The notes beneath the pieces were generated by a model. The model was not told the origin of the DNA and did no database searches. It was given only the letters and a program-made list of their open reading frames with translations. This document shows, piece after piece, positions 30,218-40,411 of a stretch of DNA of 64,000 nt. Both the position numbers and the translations under genes were made by a program. Origin of the DNA: a bacterium (GTDB lineage: Bacteria > SAR324 > NAC60-12); the NCBI GenBank assembly GCA_965233585.1, contig CBDDTI010000746.1, forward strand, positions 128,001 through 192,000. Reading direction: 5' to 3'. Each line of letters begins with the position of its first letter. Positions within the stretch are counted from its first letter, which is position 1.

Positions 30218-30502
30218 CTAAAGCAAAATTTCCCATTCAGAAGGTAAAAGGTAATGTTTGCTGCTGTTGCATTCTTTACAAGCAGGGACAACATTGGATT
30301 TGACGCTTTTGCCACCCCTTGAAATGGGGACAACATGATCCATCGTCAATGTTTTTGCTGCAAATTGTTGCTTGCAATAATGGCAGATGTTGTATGCCCT
30401 GCGGTTCTTCCACCATTGAGAGTTTCTTAAATCTCTTGCTTTACGTTTTTCTCTGGCAATGTGTTCTGGGTCTGCTACCTCAAAAAAAACAGAGTTTGTC
30501 AT
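30218..30502 (-). CDS. Small HNH endonuclease
   Basis: REKRKARDLRNSQWWK, CHYC, TMDHVVPISRGG, NVVPACKECN; ATG overlaps leuD stop. Confidence 0.9.
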   Translation of the reverse strand: MTNSVFFEVADPEHIAREKRKARDLRNSQWWKNRRAYNICHYCKQQFAAKTLTMDHVVPISRGGKSVKSNVVPACKECNSSKHYLLPSEWEILL

Positions 30503-31125
30503 CAGTGATTCAAGTCGTTCCAAGGTGTTTGGTGGATGCTGTTTTTTTCAAATTGTTCAATTTGTTCCAAAAATTGCAAAGTCCAACCAATCTCATCTAA
30601 TCCTTTCAACAATTTTTCTTTGGCAAATGAATCTACGTCAAAGCTAAAAAGGTTACCTTCAGGCGTCAATACGGTTTGCTCTCTCAAATCTACTTCTGCT
30701 TGAGCATGCTCTTTTGATTCAATTTCTGTGAATAGTTGTTGAATGTCAGCACTGCTTAATTTGATTGGTAAAATGCCATTTTTAAAGCAATTATTGTAAA
30801 AAATGTCAGCAAAACTTGGTGCTAAGAGGCAACGGAATCCGTAATCATGCAAAGCCCAAGGTGCATGTTCGCGGCTTGAACCACAGCCAAAGTTGTCTCG
30901 TGTGACAAGGATTTTTGCCCCTTGGTAACGTGGCTCATTTAGCTCAAACTCGGGGTTTGGAACTTCCCCTTCATCGTCAAGAAACCGCCAATCATGGAAA
31001 AGATGCTTGCCAAAACCTGTGCGTTCAATCTTTTTTAAGAATTGCTTGGGAATGATGGCATCAGTGTCCACATCAACACGGTTCAGCAATGCCGCAGTGG
31101 CTTTGAGGTGAATCAATGGAGTCAT
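30502..31125 (-). CDS. leuD: 3-isopropylmalate dehydratase small subunit
   Basis: VDTDAIIPKQFL, NFGCGSSREHAPWAL, SFADIFYNNCFKNG. Confidence 0.97.
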   Translation of the reverse strand: MTPLIHLKATAALLNRVDVDTDAIIPKQFLKKIERTGFGKHLFHDWRFLDDEGEVPNPEFELNEPRYQGAKILVTRDNFGCGSSREHAPWALHDYGFRCLLAPSFADIFYNNCFKNGILPIKLSSADIQQLFTEIESKEHAQAEVDLREQTVLTPEGNLFSFDVDSFAKEKLLKGLDEIGWTLQFLEQIEQFEKNSIHQTPWNDLNH

Positions 31126-31237
31126 TTTTTAAAAGATATTTTTTTGGATTTAAAGATGACGGAAGTCTGCATGCACACTTGACGCAACTGTTGACACGTC
31201 TCACTCCCTATTTATTGAAATGCAGCATTATCACCTT

Positions 31238-31720
31238 GGCATTGTTAATTTAATATAGTTAATTGATGATTGAGCTTTAAGAACAAGAGTTTGAGAGAAA
31301 GTATCATCATGTCTTGAGATTTAGAATAGCATTTAGTTTTTCTTTTGAATCTAGCAAGGTAGTGTCTGATTCTATTGTTATATCCTTCTATTGTATAGGT
31401 TTGTTTTTTGTCTTGAATATGTAGATGAAGAGGTGGGAACTCACAGTAGCTTTTCCAATGGTCAGTATAAAAAGTCTCAACATGCCTAGTCTTCAGAGCA
31501 TCCCAGATCTTCAGACCTGTTTGAGTAAACCTGTCTCCACAGATACAAGTGATAAATCGCTTTGCAAATCTATCAACAGCAACCCATATCCAGCTGTAGT
31601 TTTTTTTGACCCCACAATAAGTATGAAGCTCATCCAATTCTACCACCTTGAAACCTGACCCTGATGCTTCTGGCACTAAATCTCCAGCAGCTTGAGCATA
31701 CTGCTTAATCCAGGTTGGAA
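31238..31720 (-). mobile_element. IS1-family element, 5'-truncated remnant
   Basis: InsB motifs ELDELHTY, WIWVAVDR, YTDHW, IEGYNNRIRHYLARFKRKTKCYSKS; one terminal IR ggcattgttaat at 31238; no InsA zinc finger or left end seen. Confidence 0.88.
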
Positions 31721-31820
31721 TTGAAATGAGAGAAGAAATTGATGAATATTTTGCAAAATTCAAATGATTTATTTAGATAAGGATTGTAAGACTGTGAACA
31801 TTTAAAGCAAAAAATTCAAT

Positions 31821-32501
31821 TTAAAGTAAAGACGCAAAGTCTTGAGGGAAGTTGTCAGAAAAGTCTGTGATTTGTCCTTCTTTCAAAACAAGCAGTCTAT
31901 CAATGAAATTTTGTTCTTTTGAAAAATGGTGAGTGACCATCAAAACAGAGCCTCCTTGCTGGTGAAACTCTATCAGGTAATCTTGCAATTCCTGAATGGA
32001 TAAGGGGTCAAGCCCGCTGTAAGGTTCGTCAAGAATCAGCAAGTCAAACCGATGTAAAAGAAGTCTTGCCAATGCCAGACGTTTTCTCATGCCACTACTA
32101 AAATGCCTCACTGGAGTTTTTGAGGCACGTTGCAGACGCAGTGTTTCTAACGCATGATTGATTTTTTTGTCCATGTTCTCTACCTGAAAAAGTCTTGCAA
32201 AAAGTTGTAAATTTTCATAAGCAGAAAGCTCGTCATACAAACGATTTTCATGTGAAATCATTATGATATGACGGAACAAAAGATGCTTGTACGTTTGATA
32301 TTTTGAGCCTTTGAACAAAAGATGCCCAGAGTTAGGACGTGCCAAAGATGCAATGAGTTTCAGCAAAGAGGTCTTGCCTGTCCCATTCTCCCCAATCAAT
32401 AAAATAAATTCTCCTTGATGAATGTCCAAACACAAATTATTAAAGATTTGTTGAAATCCGTACTCCTTAGAAACAGATTGCAGTTGGACTAATGGCGTCA
32501 T
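31821..32501 (-). CDS. ccmA: Heme exporter ATP-binding protein CcmA-like
   Basis: GENGTGKT, HENRLYDELSAYENL, FSSGMRKRLALAR, LDEPYSGLD. Confidence 0.75.
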   Translation of the reverse strand: MTPLVQLQSVSKEYGFQQIFNNLCLDIHQGEFILLIGENGTGKTSLLKLIASLARPNSGHLLFKGSKYQTYKHLLFRHIIMISHENRLYDELSAYENLQLFARLFQVENMDKKINHALETLRLQRASKTPVRHFSSGMRKRLALARLLLHRFDLLILDEPYSGLDPLSIQELQDYLIEFHQQGGSVLMVTHHFSKEQNFIDRLLVLKEGQITDFSDNFPQDFASLL

Positions 32502-32536
32502 CTAGGAGCAAAAAATGATAAGAAATTTTTGAATCG

Positions 32537-33475
32537 TTATTCTGATTTGCTGAACACTTGATCAAAAATTGGTTGCCCTTCAGCATTCCAAATAATCACT
32601 CTGACATGAAGGATAGGATTCCTCCGATTGACAGGTTTTTTGAAGTCAAAACTTCTGAACCTTCGTATTGTAAATTGCTGAGATTTTGCAGGGTCAAAAG
32701 GGATAGGATTTTGGGAGACTTTTTGATTCTGACGGAACAGCACCGTGCGGACACTTCCTTTTTGCAAACGGTCAGAAAGGTTTCTTAACTTGAAGCCAAA
32801 GATTTCTTGATTACCCTGATTTTTCAGATAAAATCCATCTGCAATGACTTCAGATTTGACAGGTGGGGGAGTCGGTGGTGGGTTTTCAGCAGGCTTTTCC
32901 TGTTCTCTGATGATTTTAGCAAGCTCTAATTTGAGATAATCAATCTCGTCTTTTTGCTTCAAAAGTGTTTCTTTTTGCTCTGAAATTTGAAGGTTTTGGT
33001 CGTCTAGCTTTTGTTGTTGTGTCTCTAATTTTTGAGTTTGTTCTGAAAGCTGTTGCTCGTAAGTTTCAACTTGTTCTTGAAGGGTTTGATTAGTCTCTTG
33101 AACTTCTGCAAAATTTTGTTTTTGCCTAGCAAGAAGCACTTCCAAACGAATGACATTCTCTTTTTGCGATTCAGAATGACTGGATTCTTTTTGTTGAGGG
33201 CTAGTATTGCTGAGAACAGCAACCCGCTCTTTCTTCATAGATTGTTGCTGTCCAATTTTTAAATTTTTGATTTCATTTTGATAATGGACATACATGATGA
33301 TTGGCATAATGATCGCTGCTATCAAAAAAACAGCCAAAATGTAAGCGATGCTCTTGATAAAACCTTCTCTGATTTCCCAGTTGTTTCTTAACCCAACAAT
33401 GTGAATCTTCTCAGTCAAATGGCTTTTATCAACGGAATCCGTAGTCTCAAAGAACATTTTCAATGTAGTTTGCAT
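32537..33475 (-). CDS. Hypothetical membrane-anchored coiled-coil protein
   Basis: One TM helix, long Gln/Glu-rich coiled coil, Pro-rich linker, small beta-rich C-terminal domain. Confidence 0.7.
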   Translation of the reverse strand: MQTTLKMFFETTDSVDKSHLTEKIHIVGLRNNWEIREGFIKSIAYILAVFLIAAIIMPIIMYVHYQNEIKNLKIGQQQSMKKERVAVLSNTSPQQKESSHSESQKENVIRLEVLLARQKQNFAEVQETNQTLQEQVETYEQQLSEQTQKLETQQQKLDDQNLQISEQKETLLKQKDEIDYLKLELAKIIREQEKPAENPPPTPPPVKSEVIADGFYLKNQGNQEIFGFKLRNLSDRLQKGSVRTVLFRQNQKVSQNPIPFDPAKSQQFTIRRFRSFDFKKPVNRRNPILHVRVIIWNAEGQPIFDQVFSKSE

Positions 33476-33493
33476 GGAAAAAATTACCCAAAA

Positions 33494-34630
33494 CTACTCT
33501 TCAGCATAATACATGCCATGATGAATCTCATAACGTTGATTTTCTAACAAATCAACAAATTCTTGTAATTCTAATTCTGTCAATGCGTTTGATAGCGTGG
33601 GAACGTCCAGCTGTGTTTGTTCACAAAGTTCATCAAAAGAAGCAGAGTTTTGATGAAGGATTTGTAAGACAAGATGTTGGGATTCTGTCAGGTTTGCAGA
33701 AGGGATTTTTTGTTGGGTAGGAAAGTCAAAACTTTTTTGTTCAATTTTGGGAGTATGAGAAGGAAAGTGTTCCTCAAGAATGTCTTGAGCATTTTGAATC
33801 AGCTTGGCTTGGTTCTTAGAAATGAGACGATGACTGCCGTAGCTATGAATGGAAAAGATTCTGTCAGGAAGGGCAAAGACTTCTCTGTTTTGTTCAAGTG
33901 CAAAACCTGCTGTAATCAAAGACCCGCTTTTTTGACCTGCTTCTATCACGACAACGGCATGAGACAGACCACTGACGATGCGATTGCGAATAGCAAAGTG
34001 CTTGCCCAATGGCTTGGACGTCATGGGAAATTCTGAAAGCAGACAGCCTTGATGAGTGATTTGCTCTGCAAGGCTTGTGTTCTCTTTGGGATAAATATGA
34101 TTCACTCCCCCCGCTAAAACTGCAATCGTGCAAAGCCCTGACTCTAGTGCGGCTTGATGCGCAGCAGTGTCTATGCCCCTTGCCAGACCGCTGACCACCA
34201 CAGCATCAGGAACAAGTTTTGCGAAGTCAAAAATGATTTGCTTGGTCGCTTCCCTACCATAACTTGTGCAATTTCGTGAACCAACAAAACTGATGAAAAA
34301 GCTAGACTTTGGAAAATGTCCGTTGTAGTACAAAACAACGGGTGGTGCTGGAATCTCTTTGAGTAATTGAGGATACTCAGGTTGGTCTAAACAAATCAGT
34401 TGCGTTTGTGAATGTTGCAAAAGCTGACATTCTTTTTGAAATCTTGGGGCAGACTTCGCATGAACCACTTCAGTTGCCAGTTTTAAAGAAAGCCCTGACC
34501 TCCTTGCGAGGTCTTCTGGAGACATTGTAAAAACTTGCTCTAAACTTTCAAAACGAGATTGAAGGTGTTGAATGGTCTTGACCCCAATAGAAGGAATCAA
34601 ATGCAATGCTAGCCAATCCCATTGATTCAT
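33494..34630 (-). CDS. dprA: DNA-processing protein DprA
   Basis: VGSRNCTSYG, VVSGLARGIDTAAH, FAIRNRIVSGLS, SGSLITA. Confidence 0.96.
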   Translation of the reverse strand: MNQWDWLALHLIPSIGVKTIQHLQSRFESLEQVFTMSPEDLARRSGLSLKLATEVVHAKSAPRFQKECQLLQHSQTQLICLDQPEYPQLLKEIPAPPVVLYYNGHFPKSSFFISFVGSRNCTSYGREATKQIIFDFAKLVPDAVVVSGLARGIDTAAHQAALESGLCTIAVLAGGVNHIYPKENTSLAEQITHQGCLLSEFPMTSKPLGKHFAIRNRIVSGLSHAVVVIEAGQKSGSLITAGFALEQNREVFALPDRIFSIHSYGSHRLISKNQAKLIQNAQDILEEHFPSHTPKIEQKSFDFPTQQKIPSANLTESQHLVLQILHQNSASFDELCEQTQLDVPTLSNALTELELQEFVDLLENQRYEIHHGMYYAEE

Positions 34631-34633
34631 GCG

Positions 34634-35605
34634 TCAACTTGTTTTAAGAGTTTGTCCGTGAGTCAACTGAAACAAAGCCTCCCAGTTTTCAGATTCTGCA
34701 GAGACAGCTTGCAAAGTTTGAGTCAACTCTTGCAACGATTCAATTTCTATGGTGAGCGTGACGGCTTCCTTTTCAAAAGAAGGGTCATAGTCAAGTTTTG
34801 CATTACTGGGAAGTTGTAGCTTCCTGAGATGGACTTGAAATTGTTGCTGTGTTTTTGTTTTTTCAGGGTAGCGATGCTTTTCTAAAAAGAGTTTGAAATG
34901 TTTAAATTTAAGCGAGCTATCAAGCTGTGTGTTTGCCATAATCCGTTGGACTTCTGTTTGTTCTAAAATTTCATAAGGTGAGCATTGCATCAGTTTTGCC
35001 GTCTCACTCAAAAGTTTGATGGTGCTTTTAAATTTATTGCCCCCAATCATAAAATTTGCAAAAACTTTTCCAACCGCACGAATGTCTTCAGCTTTTAACG
35101 GAAGTAACGCCAATAAATCTGAGAGCGAGTACATTTTGAAACATTCTTGTTGTTCTTGCATTTGCTTTTGAAGTCGTTTGATTTGCTGAAGCCTTTGCAA
35201 AGATGCAGGAAACCCAAAACAAGGCAGGATTGCCACGATAGACTCTTGACTTGCACCATACTGGGCTAATAAATCCAAGATTCTGAATACCTCCAGAAAA
35301 GAACACTCTACCAACGAATGACTCTTGAGCTTCCATAACATCAACTCTTTCATGGAAAGGCTTGGCTTGAAGATTAAGCATGGTAGAGGTGAAACATCTT
35401 TTTGGAAGAGCCAACGAAACCTTTGAAATCCATCAACAATCATATAGTTTTTGTCATCTTGAGGATACACACAAAGTGGGTTGAGTAATCCTTCTTTTTC
35501 TAAAGATTCATGCAATGTCTCTTGCAATGCCCAATCAAATAAAAGATTGCGATGCTGAATTTGATGAATCTCTAATTTTTTAAAGGACTCAAAGTAATAC
35601 TTCAT
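34634..35605 (-). CDS. ParB/Srx N-terminal domain protein
   Basis: LHESLEKEGLLNPLCV..YMIVDGFQRF. Confidence 0.7.
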   Translation of the reverse strand: MKYYFESFKKLEIHQIQHRNLLFDWALQETLHESLEKEGLLNPLCVYPQDDKNYMIVDGFQRFRWLFQKDVSPLPCLIFKPSLSMKELMLWKLKSHSLVECSFLEVFRILDLLAQYGASQESIVAILPCFGFPASLQRLQQIKRLQKQMQEQQECFKMYSLSDLLALLPLKAEDIRAVGKVFANFMIGGNKFKSTIKLLSETAKLMQCSPYEILEQTEVQRIMANTQLDSSLKFKHFKLFLEKHRYPEKTKTQQQFQVHLRKLQLPSNAKLDYDPSFEKEAVTLTIEIESLQELTQTLQAVSAESENWEALFQLTHGQTLKTS

Positions 35606-35659
35606 ATCGGTCTAAATGCTTTGCATGCTGTTTGACATTTCATCAGTTGACTGAACAAC

Positions 35660-36499
35660 TCAATTCATTTCATTCTTAATGTAATGTTGTTGCAAATTTT
35701 GGTAGTAAAAGGCGGATTCAAACTTCATTCGTTTTAAAAATCCGTTGTGCAAAATCAAGCATCGTTGGCAAAGGTTTTGAACCAAATGCCTGCGATTTTC
35801 CAAAGACAAAGGCACAGAGTGTAGAATTTTACACAAAGATCGGACACGATGGCAATCATGCCCCCAACGATGAGACAGCTGGTCAGTATGTCCTCCGTAA
35901 CGTCTCATCAATTTTTCATTTAACAAACGCACAGGATAACGTGCTGTAATTCGCAACCACAAATCGTAATCTTCACAAACGGGAAGCGATTCATCAAACA
36001 GCCCAACATGCTGAAAGACGTATTTGGGAATCAAAGCAGTAGAAGGAGCAATCAAACATAAGTGAAGGCTTCTTTCAAAAATCCAACCTTCATGCTTTTG
36101 ATGTTTGGCGTGTGGGTTGACCCGCTTGGCATTCCTCATCCAAATTTCATCAGTCAAATATACTCCTGCATGAGGGAAATGTTGCAAATCATCATACTGC
36201 CTTTGCAGTTTCTGGGGAAGCCATTCATCGTCAGAATCTAAAAAGGCAACCCATTGACCTTTGGCTTTTGCAATTCCTACATTTCTTGAGGCACTGACCC
36301 CCCTATTTTTTGCTAAAGTGAAAATCCGAAGCCTTTCATCTTGATATGCTTTCAACACCTTTTGCGTTTCATCTGTTGAACCATCATCAACAATCATCAA
36401 TTCATAGTTTTGAAACGTTTGTGTCAAAACCGAATCTATGGCTCTTTTCAGGCAGTATGCACGATTGTAGGTGGGAATGATGACAGAAATGAGGGGCAT
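35660..36499 (-). CDS. Glycosyltransferase family 2
   Basis: SVIIPTYNR, VDDGSTD, AFLDSDD, CEDYDLWLR. Confidence 0.92.
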   Translation of the reverse strand: MPLISVIIPTYNRAYCLKRAIDSVLTQTFQNYELMIVDDGSTDETQKVLKAYQDERLRIFTLAKNRGVSASRNVGIAKAKGQWVAFLDSDDEWLPQKLQRQYDDLQHFPHAGVYLTDEIWMRNAKRVNPHAKHQKHEGWIFERSLHLCLIAPSTALIPKYVFQHVGLFDESLPVCEDYDLWLRITARYPVRLLNEKLMRRYGGHTDQLSHRWGHDCHRVRSLCKILHSVPLSLENRRHLVQNLCQRCLILHNGFLKRMKFESAFYYQNLQQHYIKNEMN

Positions 36500-36588
36500 G
36501 ATTTTTCGTGTCAATGTGTCTGACAGAAGATGAAAGAAGTCCCAAGTCTTTTAGAGTCTTGATAAGAAGTCAAAATCTCATACTTGGC

Positions 36589-37746
36589 TCATTGCTGATT
36601 TGGGTTGACAGGAGACAATTCTTGAGCGATGGCTAAATGCCCATAATACTTGGCAAGTTCATAGGGAGTTTGAGATTGTTGATTGGCTAGGGTCGGGTCT
36701 GCACCTGCTTTGAGCAACAATTTAACAATGTCATAAGCACCAGTGCGGGAGGCAAAGGCAAGGGCTGTCATTCCTGTTGAAGATTGATTGTTCACAGAAA
36801 CTCCTTGCTTTAATAATTCTTGTGCAATTTGAAAGCGTTGGTATTCTGCTGCTAGCATTAAAGCTGTGTAACGTTCTTGGTCTTGTTGATTCAGGTTTGC
36901 TCCTGCTTTGATTGCAAGCAATGCAATGTCATCGTGCGATTGAGCAATAGAAAGCATGAGGGCAGTTGTTCCATCATTTCTTTGTAGGTTGATGTCAGCA
37001 CCTGCTTTGAGCAACCACTGAAAGATGTCTTTTTTTCCTGAAAAAGCGGCAACCATCAAAAGACTCCAGCCTTCAGCATTTTGCAAATTGAGACTCCAGC
37101 CTTGTTGATAAAGTGCTTGTAAAACAAACTGATTCCCAGAATCAACGGCTTGTAGCATCTGTTGCCAGATTTGTTGTTTTTGTTGTTTTTGAGTTTTGTT
37201 GCGTTCTTGTCCCACTTCAAGAGCAATCAGTTCTTGCACGACATCTGTTCGGCTTTGTGATTTAGCAAGGGCAAGAGCCGTCTGGTCATCATCGTTTTCA
37301 AGGGTTAAATCTGCGCCTGAGGTGGCTAACATGCGCACCAAATCTAAATGCCCTGCATAAGAGGCAATCATTAAAGCAGTCCAATCTTCATGGTCTTGTA
37401 AATCCAAAGAAGCACCTGAATCTATCAAGACCCTAGCGATTGCAGTATCCCCTTGCATTGCCGCAACCATCAGAGCCGTCCAGCTTTCTTTGCTGATGGC
37501 ATTGACCTTGGCTTTCCTCTGAATCAACAGCCGAACGATTTCTAAGTGTTGATGAAAAACGGAGACAATCAATAATGACCTGCCGTCTCGGTCTTTGGAA
37601 TCAACAGAGATGCCTTGATCCAAAAAATTTTTGACCAACTCAATGTCTCCATTTGCTACTGCACTAAAAATCTGGGTAGTGGCGAAAACCTGCCATGTGA
37701 AGAAATTTAATGAGATGAAGATGAGGAAAACACGTAGAAACATCAT
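36589..37746 (-). CDS. Secreted ankyrin-repeat protein
   Basis: Signal peptide; many TALMxAA...LL..GAD.N repeats in two blocks. Confidence 0.92.
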   Translation of the reverse strand: MMFLRVFLIFISLNFFTWQVFATTQIFSAVANGDIELVKNFLDQGISVDSKDRDGRSLLIVSVFHQHLEIVRLLIQRKAKVNAISKESWTALMVAAMQGDTAIARVLIDSGASLDLQDHEDWTALMIASYAGHLDLVRMLATSGADLTLENDDDQTALALAKSQSRTDVVQELIALEVGQERNKTQKQQKQQIWQQMLQAVDSGNQFVLQALYQQGWSLNLQNAEGWSLLMVAAFSGKKDIFQWLLKAGADINLQRNDGTTALMLSIAQSHDDIALLAIKAGANLNQQDQERYTALMLAAEYQRFQIAQELLKQGVSVNNQSSTGMTALAFASRTGAYDIVKLLLKAGADPTLANQQSQTPYELAKYYGHLAIAQELSPVNPNQQ

Positions 37747-40160
37747 GGTTGATTGATGACGTGTTCATACTCTTCTGGCTCGGCTTCATATTGACATTGC
37801 TCGGCAGGACACAAGACTGTCGTCTTCGTTTTGTTTTCTTTCACGGTAAGGATAGGGAACTGACAATTAGGGCATGGATGTTTGATGGGACGATTCCACA
37901 ATGAGAATTTACATTTAGGATAACCTGCGCAGCTGTAAAAGATTTTTCCGCGTCTTGAACGTTTTTGTAAAATCTGTTCGTTGGAACATTCTGGGCAAAG
38001 GCAACCTGTGTCTGTTTTTTCTTTTTTGATGTATTTACAACTTGGGTATGTTTCGCAAGCAATAAAAGCACCATAACGTCCCTGCCTTTTCGCCAGTCCT
38101 GCATTGCAGTTTTCACATGTCCCCTCTACTTTTTCTGGGGCTTGAGCATTCAGAGGTTTGGTGTTTTTACATTTGGGATAATTCTGACAAGCGGCAAACT
38201 TCCCAAATCTTCCTGTCTTGATGACCATTTCGCCTCCGCACTTCTCGCATGGTTCATCTGACACTTGAACGTCTTGAAATCTGGGATTGCCTTGTTCATC
38301 AAACTCTACTTCTGCAGTAAAAGGGCATTCAGGATATGCGGAACAACTCAAAAAATCTCCATTTTTCCCCCAACGTAGCAACATGACTTCTCCACATTTT
38401 TTACATGGAATGTCTGTTGGCTTGGTCTCTCGCTTCAGATTCCGCATCTGGCTTTTGGCTAGTGTCAGATGTTTGGAAAACTCCTTGTAAAATTGAGAAA
38501 TGACATCTACCCAGTTGGCTTGACTGGCTTCAATGTTGTCAAGTTCCTTTTCCATGTTTGCAGTGAAGTCAACATTGATAAAATCAGAAAAATTTTCAAT
38601 TAACAATCCATTGACTCGTATGCCGATTTGGGTAGGTTCAAAACGTTTTTTGTCATTGATTTCAACATATTCACGTTTGGTGATGACTTCCATAATGGCA
38701 GTGAATGTGCTTGGACGACCGATTTCTAGTTCTTCTAATTCCTTAATCAAAGAAGCAGGTCCATAGCGTGGCGGAGGTTCAGTAAAATGTTGAGAAGGCA
38801 AAAAGTTTTGCACCGTCAAGATTTCTCCTTCTTGGACATCAGGCAAGAGTTTCTCCTTGTCATCGTCACTATTTTCGGTGTTGTAAAGCGTCAAAAAACC
38901 TGCAAACTTCAACACAGAACCACTTGCACGCCAGAGATAGTCGCCTGTTTGGACTTCTATTTGAGTTTGGTCAAACAAAGCTGATGTCATTTGGGAGGCA
39001 ACAAAACGTTTCCAAATCAACTCATATAATTTTTGTTGTTCCCGATTAAGGAATGATGCTGTTTCTTCAGGGGTTTGATTGACATTTGTAGGACGCACTG
39101 CCTCATGGGCATCTTGATTCCCTTTTTTAGAATATTGATTTGCTGTTTTAGGGCAAAAGGAATTGCCAAATTTCTTCTTAATCAAAGACCTGACTTCTTG
39201 AACTGCTGTGTCAGAAACACGGACAGAGTCTGTCCTCATATAAGTAATGAGTCCTCCCATCTTTTCATCAACACCTTCATAGAGTTGTTGTGCAATCCGC
39301 ATACAGCGGCTACTTGAAAATCCTAGTTTATTGATGGCATCTTGTTGAAGTGTGGAAGTGATGAATGGAGGGGGGGGCTTCCTAGAACGTTGTTTTTTCA
39401 CCACTTGAGAGATGACAAATTGTTCTTTTGAAACTTCACTTAAAATGACTTTGACTTCTTCTTCGCTGCGAATGACTGCTTTGTTTTGGTCTTTACTGTG
39501 AATGTCAATGGTTTTTCCCTGATGCTTCGCAAGTCTGATTTCAAGGGGAGCTTCTTGGCTTGTGGTTGTTTGAGCATGAATTTTCCAATATTCTTCTGAC
39601 TGGAATTTTCTGATTTCTTCTTCCCTTTCACAAATCAACCTTAATGCCACAGATTGCACCCTGCCTGCACTCAAACGATAGCGCACCCTCTCCCAAAGCA
39701 AAGGGCTAATTTGATAACCCACTAAACGGTCTAAGACCCTGCGTGCTTTTTGGGCGTCATATTTAGAAAAATTAAGTTCTTGGGGGTGTTCAAGGGCATC
39801 TAAGATCGTGTGTTTTGTAATTTCGTGGAGTAGTAGCCTGTATATCTTTCCTGAAAACACTCCTTGAATTTCTTCTGCCAAATGAGCAGCAATGGCTTCC
39901 CCTTCACGGTCAGGGTCAGAGGCAAGAAAAATATTTTTGGCAGATTTGGCAGCTTTGCGAATGTTACGAATGACATCGCTTTTGCTCTTCATCACTTGGT
40001 ATTGGGGTGCAAAGTTGTCGTCTATGCTGACACCAAGTTCTTTTTTGGGGAGGTCTTTGATGTGTCCAATAGAAGCGAGGACTTGATAATCTTTGCCAAG
40101 ATAACGATTGATTGTTTTAGCTTTGGCTGGTGATTCTACGATGATAAGTGATTTTGGCAT
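37743..40160 (-). CDS. topA: DNA topoisomerase I
   Basis: IVESPAKAKTI, DPDREGE, SAGRVQS, ITYMRTD, C-terminal Zn ribbons. Confidence 0.98.
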   Translation of the reverse strand: MPKSLIIVESPAKAKTINRYLGKDYQVLASIGHIKDLPKKELGVSIDDNFAPQYQVMKSKSDVIRNIRKAAKSAKNIFLASDPDREGEAIAAHLAEEIQGVFSGKIYRLLLHEITKHTILDALEHPQELNFSKYDAQKARRVLDRLVGYQISPLLWERVRYRLSAGRVQSVALRLICEREEEIRKFQSEEYWKIHAQTTTSQEAPLEIRLAKHQGKTIDIHSKDQNKAVIRSEEEVKVILSEVSKEQFVISQVVKKQRSRKPPPPFITSTLQQDAINKLGFSSSRCMRIAQQLYEGVDEKMGGLITYMRTDSVRVSDTAVQEVRSLIKKKFGNSFCPKTANQYSKKGNQDAHEAVRPTNVNQTPEETASFLNREQQKLYELIWKRFVASQMTSALFDQTQIEVQTGDYLWRASGSVLKFAGFLTLYNTENSDDDKEKLLPDVQEGEILTVQNFLPSQHFTEPPPRYGPASLIKELEELEIGRPSTFTAIMEVITKREYVEINDKKRFEPTQIGIRVNGLLIENFSDFINVDFTANMEKELDNIEASQANWVDVISQFYKEFSKHLTLAKSQMRNLKRETKPTDIPCKKCGEVMLLRWGKNGDFLSCSAYPECPFTAEVEFDEQGNPRFQDVQVSDEPCEKCGGEMVIKTGRFGKFAACQNYPKCKNTKPLNAQAPEKVEGTCENCNAGLAKRQGRYGAFIACETYPSCKYIKKEKTDTGCLCPECSNEQILQKRSRRGKIFYSCAGYPKCKFSLWNRPIKHPCPNCQFPILTVKENKTKTTVLCPAEQCQYEAEPEEYEHVINQP

Positions 40161-40201
40161 AAATTTTTAAATCATACTTTGTAATTTGTGTAAAAGAAAG
40201 C

Positions 40202-40411
40202 CTAACTACTACATTTCAGCAGTTCTTGATTTTCTTTTTCTATTTTTTGCAGTTTGACAGGGTCAGTGGTGGTCAAAGATTCTGCATGATTCAGCTCCAG
40301 ACGTCTTTTTTTCCAACTTTCACTTTTCCCGATGTATTGAGTGCAACAGGCACTGAACAAAAACATCAACCCAATAAGAGACAGTTTTTTTATTTGCTTT
40401 TGACTGACCAT
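40202..40411 (-). CDS. Small putative lipoprotein
   Basis: Basic N-terminus, hydrophobic core and lipobox-like FSAC. Confidence 0.55.
   Translation of the reverse strand: MVSQKQIKKLSLIGLMFLFSACCTQYIGKSESWKKRRLELNHAESLTTTDPVKLQKIEKENQELLKCSS

Noticed and set aside
30218..30502. HNH gene as a mobile or defence system
   Set aside because: Small stand-alone HNH type coupled to leuD, with no partner genes or mobile-element features
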